Shown: in pieces, positions 40,079 through 51,032 of the stretch | How positions within the stretch are numbered: position 1 is the first letter of the stretch | How the letters are laid out: every line of letters begins with the position of its first letter | NCBI RefSeq assembly: GCF_018977255.1 | Contig: NW_024704752.1 | Span: 9,672,001 to 9,736,000, forward strand | DNA: 64,000 nt | Direction of reading: 5' to 3' | Source of the DNA: Callorhinchus milii | Lineage: Eukaryota | Notes under the pieces: generated by a model | Database searches by the model: none | What the model was told of the DNA's origin: nothing | The model's input: only the letters and a program-made list of their open reading frames with translations | Program-made: the position numbers and the translations under genes

Positions 40079-42929
40079 GTAGGTGCCATGCATATGTGAC
40101 TCAGTCTGGTGATCGGTTTCCATGTGTCAGCTGCCTAGCTGACCTAAAAAAAACTTACCATTTCTTTTACAGCATTTTCCTCTTTGCTTCACTTCTGGTC
40201 TCACTCAGTTCCCTCTGGTTTAACTTCCCCCCCTTTATTCTATCACTGCTTGAGAAAACTCTTAATGACCGAATGTGCGTTGCCCAGCATCATAGACTTT
40301 GTCTGGAACAAGCAAGGAGAGTGGAGGGTCCAAAACAGTCAAGACATTTGTACATTTTGAACTGTCTGAGTAAATATACTGTCAGGCTGCTGCAGTGTAT
40401 ATAATGACCAGAGTGTCCGCTACATCAAAATATTATGAAATTGCAGACATGTGCCTGCACTGCTAGTGGATGAGTTCGTCATTGAGATATTTCCACAAAT
40501 GAAGCATTGCAGAAGAGACTTGATGCTGACCTGGGAGTAACACAGAGAACCTTTGCCTCTTCAGGAGTCAATAAATGCTTCCCTCCTCTGCTCCAAGGAA
40601 TCTGGGTTTTAGCACTGACCACATGCGGGTTGTGTTGAGTGTGACATACCAGATGGAGCACGGGAAGCGTCTACCTCCAGTTCTATTCCAGACACAATGC
40701 AGGATCTCGGCAGTCAAACACTAACTCACTGGAAACTGAGCTGGAGTCAGAGAGGCTGCAGCAATGAGCTGACACTTATCTTTCCTCCTGATGTTTACTT
40801 CCTTTCGATACATTAACCCATCTTTCGCTTTCAAACACTGATCCACATGCTGTGCAGCACCCCATGCTTTGTTTTTAATTTCAGACTCAAGAATTTGTCT
40901 TTTCTTTTCAAACTCTATTGAGATCTTTATTTTCCCGGTTCTGTTTATCTCATTTGCAGTCCACGTGTTTTCTAAAAGATACTCATCCATTCGGTTTTGA
41001 ACGAGATTCTGCTGCAGAATCAACAATTTTTCCTGTGAGTTTCTTCCACTAATCTTTGGGGAAGAAGTTTCTTCTGATCTCTAATTCTGCTTGGCTTTTC
41101 ATTTCAAACCAAACTTGCCAACCTGCGCCTAATACTCTGGAATAAGGCAAGCAAGATGTGCCCCTCAGGGGAGAGAGTGTGATTTGGATACACTTAAAGC
41201 TGCTGATGGGTTTCTGTATGTGTCAGAAACCTGGTTGACCAAAGAAAATTCTGCTCTTCCTGTAAAACTCTCATTCACCTCATCTCAGCCCTACCCCAAA
41301 GTCTCAGTCAAACTCATTTGGGTTCCTCTAACCTTTTGCACTTCTGTGTAAAATTAGACAGGTGTTTTCTCAAGATGTCACAGCTTTAAGGATTAGCAAA
41401 CCAGTAAAGTTTGAGGCGTTTTCCATTGTACCTTCCTTTGTACTACAGTTGATCCTGCATCCTGGTCTTGTGGGCATTTGCAAAGCACATTCTCACAAGC
41501 CATTGGGTTGGAGAATAAGCAGATTTTTTAGTCCAGAACATACACTGGTTCAGCACAATCTGTCAGAGGATTGTACGACAAAACCACTCACAGAAGTTGT
41601 TGGGAGCATATGAGTTGTGATTTACATGGTGCTCTGTGTTTCGTGCTGCACATTATACAAATTTCTACAATACGACCCAGGTTACACATATCTGAAGCCC
41701 TCAGTTGCTTCTGGCTACCTTTGATAAACAGTTAGAATGAAATTACAAAACGTTCAGAACTGACTGCCCTGTAATAACAGTTTGAGGACAAAGAAATACT
41801 GTTTCAGTCCTGGAGCACCCACTAAACACATGTCAAACATATTGCAGTGAGCTCCGTCTAGCCTTCTGTGTACGAGTCCACCGATTCAGCTAATTACCAA
41901 TCGGGCATGGGTAACTGCAAGCAGAGTTTATTGTGGGAATTCACAGAGGCCAACATTATGTGGAAATAGAGAAGAATTAATATTTGTTTTAGTGAGAAGC
42001 TTATTTTCCCTTCCTTCAATCTGAGAGGTTGCGTGATTTCTGGAAGCTGACTCATTAACAGGTCTGGACCACTCGATTAAAAACAACTGCTGGAATCTCT
42101 GGAAAAATAAATGTACAATATTGCTCGTCTGGAATTATCCAAACTCCCTAACCTTTAACTTGCTGTTCCGATGAGATTTCGGAAAAGACACTGCTTTAGA
42201 ACTTATGGAATTGTTTAATACTTATTGCCATCCTCTGCAGCCTCCCTGAGTTTCACCCTGATACGTGTTGCGTTCAGGAACAGGTCATTCTATGTTAAAT
42301 TGCACCTTGTATTGACATTGTCACTTGTCTCAATTTAGCTGCTTTCTAGATGGTTGATTCAGAAATGCCTTAAGTGAATGCCACGATATTTACAACAACT
42401 TGAATTTATATTGCGCCCTTTGCACGGTGTAGTGTCCTGGAGCACTTCACAGCGTTGAAGTTGAATGCTGAACCATAAATGTCATCTTTCTCCTTTGTAG
42501 AGAGCGTGGCATGGAGGGGGAGAGGAGGGAAAGTGGCTGTGCTTTTAACTTTCTGGCCTGTACAATAACAAAAAGTTATGACACAGTTTAAGACCTTGTG
42601 GGAGGTAATGAATGAACTGAAGGGGGATTGAAATCTTTGAAATCAGTAATAAACAGTTTGTCTCCCCCAATCCCTTGGTTCCAAAATGAAGAATAATACT
42701 TTTAAAATCTACTGTTAGAATTACTTGTCGAAACAAAGCGGCTCACTGTATATTTTTGGAGATTTCTCGGAACACTTAAGCTCTTTTCAGCAGTCAGGAA
42801 TCTGCAGCTTCCTGCCAAATGGAACTCTTCTCTTTGTTTTTTTTAACAATTTTCTGAGCATGTCGGGCGGAGGTCAGCACCCAGAGGAGGCAAAGGAGGC
42901 AGGTAACGTGGCTGTAGTGAGCAGGATTG

Positions 42930-43243
42930 GAGCAGCTGTACAAATGGAGGAGTAGTGGTTTGAGCACTCACAACTGAAAGGACCTGGGTTCGATTCCTGT
43001 GGGGGGGGGGGGGGGAACCTTAGGCAAGTTTCCTTACTCTACACATCTCTGTTTACCTAGCAGTAAATAGGAACCCGGCTGTTAGTTGTTTGGCAGATTG
43101 CTTTCCCTGGGGTAATAATCCCTTAAAAATAAATAAAACAATTTGGTCACTCAATCCACGACTGTTTTTGGAACATTGCTGTGCACAATTGGCTGCCTCG
43201 TCTCAACGGTGAGATAAGGGTCGATATCAAATGCAAGGATTAT
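42930..43243 (+). mobile_element. Older, longer variant of the tRNA SINE with a CORE-like body
   Basis: B box ggttcgattcc, accttaggcaagtttccttactctacacatctctgtttacctagcagtaaatagg, same 3' tail. Confidence 0.75.
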
Positions 43244-46200
43244 AAATGGCCCAGAGGCTGCAGCATATCCGAAGCAAACAATCCCAACAATGTATATCAG
43301 GCACTTTACTGCAGCAACAGCCATTGTTCGGCTGTAGGTAACAGCACCAATCCAGTGTAATCAAAGCCATACCAAGCGACGTAGAAGATCCAGACTCCAA
43401 TCTTGGTCTGTGCTGAGTTTGCCGAGTGTCATTCGGGTGCTTCCATTGGGCTAGCATCTCTAGATTAAAGAGAGCAAAAAATAAGGTTTGGACTGGGTTG
43501 TAACACCTCCACATTGCAAGACAAAGTCCTAATGGGTAGGGTGGTCCTAGCTGAACAAGCAGTGGGAAACCTTGCCAGACACAGGTCACTGCATTCAGGA
43601 GAGAAGAAAAAGTTCTAAACGAACAATAGATATAATCAGTAATTAAAGATATCACACTGGGAAATGAGAACCAGCCAGAAATAAATTAAATTCAGAAATC
43701 CAGCTCTGGGTTATCACTTGATATTATTTCTTCTGTTAGTAAGAACTTTAAGTCTACCTTACTGGATCCAGAAATGGATTTTCTACATCAGTTTCCATGA
43801 GATTCAATTCCTGTTCAGTGTTAACTGTTTCCTCAATACATTTTTCTGGTCTCACTCATTCCAATGGGTCTAAATTAGTTCCTATTGTTTTACCTTGTCC
43901 AATATCCTATTCCCCAGACGTTAATGACCACTGAGCCACATCAAATGACTTTTTGATACTGGACTCATCTTAGGCTATAGGAAGAGTTCTAATCCACAAT
44001 AATGTTTGGTGCCTCAAAGTAATAATCACCTATCAATGATATCTTGCCCTGAGTCTTTGTTACACTCAGCTTCCCCTGCTCTCCTGTATGAGCAGATCAA
44101 TAAGCATTGCCTAGGATCAGTAAGGCCAGTGAAGAGGCACATTCCAGATAGTGCATCCGTTTCAAAGCAAATATTTTGTTGGGAAGACGAAGTGAGCTAT
44201 TCATAGGATTCAGCTGTTGAACTGAATCAATCTACGAGCTGCAAAGGCATTGTCCTGGAAGGCTTGAGTTATGACTAATACTGGCATCGACTGAGACTGT
44301 GCGTAAACAGTTGTCGATTTATGGAGCCACTTTCAGGGCAGTTTAGGGTCTAATTTATATTGTAAGGTTTGGCTTAAAATGAGAAACTGCAGTAATAAAT
44401 GGATTATTCACTTGGATTTGTACACTATACATTTGACATTAAAATTGAAACAACAATAAAAAAAAGCTTCAGTGTCAGAGGGCAACTAAATGCAAGTGTG
44501 GATCATGCTGGTACAGGGCTCACTGCCAGGATGTGGCTCAGACCATGGACTTCTTTCCATGGCTGAATTCTGGCTGTTGGCTTCTCCCAGTGGAGTCTGC
44601 CTGTTCAGGGGGCTGTTATTTGAAAAGAGAAGGGAGATTCTCCTGGTGTGTGTGTCCCCAACATCCCCTCCCTAATAAAAATTGGTCAATCTCTTCATGG
44701 CTGCTTGTGCAATGAAAGTTTCTGTGGGAAAATTGGTCACCGTGTTCATCTACAAATATGCAGTCGTTAACCCTTACAGTAAAATTCTGTGAAACGCTTC
44801 GAGACGTCTGAAAAATTTGATATGGTGCAAGGATTATTATTTATCAATATAAAAGACAAAGTTGGTAAATTGTATTGATTAAAATATTTTCCTGCACCAA
44901 ACACTTAGGTAGGCATAGCATTGGATGAAATTATGAAGGCAATGTTAGTCCTGCAGTAAAATAGTTATTGGAAACGTTCAATAAAGATTCATTTTTAATA
45001 ACGTTTAATTTGATTTAAGACTCCAATGATTTACTTTAGATTTTTTTTACTAAAAGTGTCATTAGGGTTGGTTGGTCAAGTCCATTTTCTCTCTATTTCT
45101 AAGTCTTTTTTTAAATTGATATTAAAACCGGGAGATTGTTGGATGAATGTAAGATTGAATGAGGTAAAGATTCGAACAGTCTTGAGATTCTGGGAAAGAA
45201 TGAGTTTGAGTCCACTTTAGTGCAATGACCTTTGACTTATCTAATTCCTGTAGGGATAGAATAAATACATGCAAATTTCCAAGAAGCAAGTAAGGTTGAC
45301 TGGTTGGTAAACTGCTTGAAGAGACTGGAAAGGACAAGGAGGTTGGAGGCAGATTTGTTTAGAAGAATAGAAGGGATACCATCAGAAGCAGAGACCTTAC
45401 TTGAGTCCAGACATTGGAGGATCCAATAAACAGTAGACAGAACTTTGGTGGTCACAGTATGGGGAACATAGCACCACAATTCCATTGTTTCTGGATGTTT
45501 TTAGCTGAATTTAGTTTGGGTCAATGTACTGCAAGATGTTTAAAATACACAGCAACATTTTAATAAAAGATCGTTCAGGAGCTGAGGTCTTCATCCTTGT
45601 CACACTTCAATGAGTTTGACTCCCCTCATGTCCTACGAAGTTTGGAACCTTCATATCCAGTGCCTTGGGTTGTCCTCCCAATGTGAAAGGCGCTATACAA
45701 ATGTAATTTTGTATTGTAAGCTACTTTGCTCCAACTAGAGCAGTGACCAGTGCCATCTAGTGGGGACAGTGTGGTTATTTGATATTTTAAAGTTTCCTCC
45801 ATCTGTCCATGTTACCTAATGTTGAATCCTGGGGAGGAAGGAGAGCAACGAAGTTCACATCTCCTGCTGTATCTCTGACTGTATTGGGAAGGAGAACAGT
45901 TGCGGTGCTGGCAGCTCTTACTGATCTTGGATCAGTCTCTTGCTTTTAGAGATTATTTAGTTAAAACTCCGATGGGAAATTAATGGATTTAAAAGGGAAG
46001 GGTTATGTAAATCCACATACAGGTCCTCAATAATGTAACAAGAAATTACACTCCATTGAGAATAGTAGAAACTGTCCTCGCCTACTAATGTAGAAAGAGT
46101 TCTGTGTCAATAAGGAGAATGAGCTAGCAGTTTAGGTATGAGATAAAGCAAAAACTATTTAATGCTGACACTGTGATGACTTTGACAGACAGTGCATCAA

Positions 46201-46629
46201 GCTTATGGTAAGGCAATGTTATGTGTCGCTCTTGGCAGAGAGGAAGAACATATTTTGGAAAATATAGAATGGTTTCTTGTACCTCTGTGACCAGAATGGG
46301 CCCCGCTTGTGTATGCACTCTTGTGTCTTGACAAGTGCTGAGCACTTCCAGCAGCGTAGTTGACAGCCTGATGCCTGGAAAGTTTAATTACTTTGGCAGA
46401 TTGCTGGGGCAGCCGATGTCCTACCGTGTCTCAATAAAACTTGTATGAAATGGACATCAATACATTCTTTTAAGAGCAAGGCTTCTCCTTACAATGGCAT
46501 ATTTCAATAGTTAACCAATATTTTCAACTAAATACTTGGGAGTCAGCAGATGTTATGATCATCGTAACTCTTAAACTTGTTAAATATAAAATAATGCAAA
46601 CATCCCTTTGAAGGGAATTCAATCTCTTT

Positions 46630-46990
46630 ATAATAATAATAATTCCTTACATTTGATATAGCTCCTTGACATGTTGTTGAAATCTCTCCAAGTGTTTCAC
46701 AGGATTTATTATAAAGTTCAGTGACTGTGTTTGTAGGCAAACGTTGCCGCCAATTTGTGCACAGCAATGTCCCACAAACAGCCATGAAACAAATGACCAA
46801 TTTTTATTGGTAGATAAATTATTAGCCAGGACACCGGCCTACTCTTTTCAAATAGCACCATAGGACTATTAACGTCCATCTGAACAGGCAGGCGGGAGCT
46901 TGGTTTAACATTTCATCGAAAGACGGTACCTCCAATCTACTGCTTCTCCCAATTACTGCATGGGGATTGTGTGAGTTCAAAGTCCCAACG
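46630..46990 (-). mobile_element. Deu-domain SINE, old
   Basis: Tail plus agccaggacaccgg...aacgtccatctgaacagg...tttcatcgaaagacggtacctcc. Confidence 0.7.
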
Positions 46991-48724
46991 TGGTACTTAA
47001 AATCAGAGGAAATGGTCTACTAGATCTAGGTTGATGCCTTTTCACTCACATAATACAACTAAATTTATAATATATTCTATGAATTGAGACATCTCAACGA
47101 CGTGGTAAGGAGCTATATCAAATGTAAGGATTATTATTATTTTCCGGCATTCCTGACTATTGTTCTAAAGTTTATAATTGGCTTAATTTCTATATTGTAC
47201 ATTCTTTCCTTAAGGACACCTGAAGACCCTAAAAATCCTTGTGTACACGAGTAACTGAGCACTTGAGTTTGTAGTGAAAATGCAAAGTCCTGTCATGTTG
47301 CAGGAATAAGGAAGCTCATTTGATACTGAATCTGTTTTCAACTGCCGCAATTTCATTAAATCTTGTAGAATTCCTATTGAGCAACGATTCAAATCTGGTC
47401 CACAAATAATACATTTTATGGTCAGTTGTTTTTATAGGTCGCGTTATTTTTATAGTGTGATGGTGCATCAGGGATTGGAGTTTCCCCCGTGGAACTTTGC
47501 GTTGGATGCAATCCAAATCTTAAAATGTAAAGTGATTGTTTGTGAGTGGTGTCAAATTCCTAATGGAATTGAGGCAGCTGCTCGTTCAACCATAGTAAAG
47601 CCCACTACCACACGCCCTCGCTTCCCCCCCCCACCCCCACCCTCGCACACCCTACACCCTCTCTCCCTCCTTCCCACCCCCTCTGTAACCGTGCCGTGAA
47701 TGCACAGCCTGTGTGCCTGTGCATCAGCAGTGTGCCTCCTGCTGGGAAAACACTGCAATTATTTTTTGTGAAAGGGTGCAGTCTGGAGTTAACAGTGCAC
47801 TGTGTATTCTAAGCGGGTCCCGATTAGATGACTGTCCGCTCATTAAAATAATAGGGACAGTTGTCAGTTAAACCTGTGTCAACCTTGTGCTGGATTAACC
47901 CTGAATTTCCTCTGCAGCTTCTACGACGTGTTTCATCAGATTGCTCCGTGTATCTTGGGGAATGTTAGACAGTAAAATGCAGGAGGCTGCAGACCAACTA
48001 CCCCATGCTCAGCCTGTTCCTGTCTCACTCAGGGTGTTAAGTAATAAGAAGCAGCTGATGCTTTACGCTGACGGTATTCTCTTTCTGGTTAGTAAGAGTT
48101 ACCTTGTAGCCTGGCATATGTACCAGCACTATCCGGGTGAACCCCGTTGTACAACAGTGACCAAACATTACAGTTGTTACAAATCTGATTCTATGGGCCT
48201 TGAACTGGACCTTACCCAAATTCTGCTATTGCCCTCCAACTGCTTACCTGATCAATCATTTTATAAAGTTTGACATCATGTGAACACTAATGTTCCTTCA
48301 TGAGAGTTGGCTTCCCTGGGTGAGTAACTTTAAGAAAAAGACACCCATTTTTTTTTTTCTGGAAATACCTCCCTAAAAATCCTTGCCTTTAAATCCAGTA
48401 ATTCTCAGTGTCAGTCAGAATGTTTTGATTGCACTCTTTGATTAAGAGACAAGCACTGTAGTGCCGGGCACCACCAAGCCTGCTACCCACACCCTCCCTG
48501 TCCTCCACCTCTCCTGATCCCAAGCTACATCTCAGATGCAAATCCTTGACTGTAGATCCTCGGCTGCAAATCCAGTGCCTTGGGACGTCCTCCTGACCTG
48601 AAAGGTGCTATACAAATGTAATTTGTTGTTGGTGGTGATGCTAAAATTTGTAAAATCTCAGGATGAATAAGGGAGAAAACCAGTTCCAATGTCATGGGAA
48701 CAATAAAAACCAACAGCTTGCATT

Positions 48725-48885
48725 TATATAGTAATAATAATAATCCTTGCATTTGATATAGTGCTTTTCACGTCTTCCAGACGTCTCAAAGCGCTTCACA
48801 GAATATGCTGTAAAGTGAATTGACTGTATATTTTGTGGGCGAAACGCAGCAGCCAATTGCGCACAGCAGCGTCCCACAAATAGTT
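48725..48885 (-). mobile_element. SINE 3' fragment
   Basis: Matches the 3' half of the family. Confidence 0.85.
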
Positions 48886-49184
48886 GTAGGATAGCATCTC
48901 GGAGCCCTGAAAGAAGTGAATTGGATGAGTTGCAGGGATAGAATGAGTTGGATTAGGGGGATTGAGGCTTGATTTTAACTCTAAGAATGCAGGGATAAGG
49001 AAGTATGCATGGACAATGTATTTAGGACTTGAGAAGAACAAGAGAGCTCCAAGGACAAATCACTATAGAAGACAAGGAATGTTCTACTAAAGACAAGATG
49101 GAGGTAGGAAAAGGCCCTGTCAGACAAGCCTTTCCTTGTGTTCTGTCTGGCAGATTGCTTGCTGCAGACTGTTTCTTTAATTCC

Positions 49185-49218
49185 TTGTGATCTTCTTTGT
49201 GATCTTCTTTGTGATCTT
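49185..49218. repeat. 12-bp tandem repeat, about 3 copies (tgtgatcttctt)
   Basis: Direct reading. Confidence 0.85.
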
Positions 49219-49937
49219 ACATGAATCACAACAACAACAAAATTACATTTATATGGTGCCTTTCACATCGGGAGGACATCCCAAGGCGATCACATAACTT
49301 AATGCTAATTTAGAAATAAGCATCTCACATCCAGTGATTGATATTTCATCTCCAGTACACCCACACACACCCTGTCACAATACAGGAGAAAGCCAACCTC
49401 TGTCACTGAGGACCACACTGACTGAATGATTGAATTGCTCTTCAGGAATTGGCTTTTAACTGGATTGTCATGTGAAATTGTGAGGGAGAAAATGTTCAGT
49501 AAAGTTTCACTTTACAGAACAATGTAAACTTGATCACATATCTGATTGTCACAGCTCCCGTTTGTTCATCACTTAGCACTAGTGACTGGTCTATTAGCAC
49601 ATTTTGGGCTGATACTGCGTGACTTTGGGTCACTAATGGCTGATTAATGGGGCAGGCTTAATGTGAGGCTCTCATTAGATCACTTGGGTTACACCACAGC
49701 TGAAATGAAACATATTTCAAGCAGAACAGTGTGGTCCTGGCAGAACCTCAAAGAAAGAAATGTTAATGTCATTGAACATCGAAGAGAGAAATGTTAATGC
49801 TGCAAACTGCAACACTTTTCCTTGTGGGCATTCAATGTCAGCACTGGGCACTCCAAAAGCATGGTTAGATGAAGAATGAAGTTCCCTCTACGATGCCTAA
49901 CATTGACTTATATTTCTAATCTCCCTACTGCACCAAT

Positions 49938-51032
49938 GTAAAGTTACATGATACAAATGTTGGTGCGAGTTGCAGGTAGGCAGCCTACCTACCTGCCCGT
50001 ATCCTCCGTTCCTCTGGTTCCGGTCTGCTCTGCATCCCCCGCCTCAACCGCCCTACCATCGGTGGCCGGGCCTTCAGCCTCTCAGCCCCGAGGCTCTGGA
50101 ACTCTATCCCCCAGTGCCTTCGCCGCCTCCTCCCTTTCCTCCTTCAAGGCCGGTCTCAAAACCTTTCTCTTTGACCGTGCCTTCAGCTCCCCTCTCGACT
50201 CTCTACCCCCTCCTCGCTCCCTCCCTTCCCTCCCCTCACCCTGACCATTTCCCCCCTGCTCGGGTCCTGACCCAACTGTACAGCGCATTGGGATGTCCTC
50301 CCGACGTGAAAGGCGCTCTATAAATGGAATGTTGTTGTTGTTGTGTCAATTCCCATTTCCTGCGCCAGCCATTCCTGCAGCCTTTCGGAGCGAAACTGAC
50401 AATTTTGTGCCATTGAAGGGTTATTTTGTGCTAAGAGTCCACTGCGAATTGGCCTTAAGTCAACTCAGACTCAGATTTGAATCTTTTTTTAATGGCACCC
50501 TTCATTGTTCCAGTTTAAACGGTCTGAAGCTCTCAACTCCATTCTTCAACACATTCAAACACGGTAAGACACTCGGACAATATGGAAAAGTGATCGATCC
50601 CGACTGGTCTGGACTATCTTGTTATATTCCCTCTACCCCTTTCTTTGCCCGGCACCTTGTATTAGCCAGTATCTTTATACCTTTTGTTATAATCGACCCT
50701 GGAAACCCACAATTGATACTTGACTGCTGGCACACTGGAAATTCATCCGTTCTCAAGTCTGTCTCATTCTTTTAAGCACTCTGGGATGCTACTCTGCATA
50801 AGGGGCTCTGTATAAATGCAACAACAACAACAAAATTACATTTGTATAGTGCCTTTATGTCGGGAGGACGTTCCAAGGCGCTGGATAAAGTTGTTGTAGC
50901 ATTGTACTACTGTTACTATCTAATCTGATGCCTTTGAGTATGTGATCATGCACAATCATGTATCTTGATCAAAGGTTTCTTTCAGCAAATTTGGCTGCAA
51001 CTCGCACCAACATTTGTATCATGTAACTTTAC
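49938..51032. repeat. Perfect 38-bp inverted repeat (49938-49975 and 50995-51032)
   Basis: gtaaagttacatgatacaaatgttggtgcgagttgcag and its exact reverse complement. Confidence 0.95.
49984..50343 (+). mobile_element. Young L2 3' fragment inserted in an LF-SINE-like element
   Basis: Near-identical to 30050-30310; flanks 49830-49937 and 50344-50480 read as one interrupted old SINE. Confidence 0.88.

Noticed and set aside
40721-41026. 101-aa minus-strand ORF ending at a GTGAGT donor
   Set aside because: Its 5' part overlaps a CR1 3' end (ELEIRRNFF...ttcaaaaccgaatggatgagtatc) and the acceptor lacks a pyrimidine tract.
42860-42902. ATG...G|gtaacg mini first exon (MSGGGQHPEEAKEA)
   Set aside because: No downstream partner exon or homology found, and it adjoins a SINE.
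45237-45485. 82-aa minus-strand ORF (LDSSKVSASDGIP...WKFACI)
   Set aside because: Decayed non-LTR retrotransposon RT-upstream motif, not a host gene.
49938-51032. MITE/DNA transposon interpretation of the 38-bp inverted repeat
   Set aside because: No target-site duplication, and the host SINE resumes at 50344 inside the supposed element.
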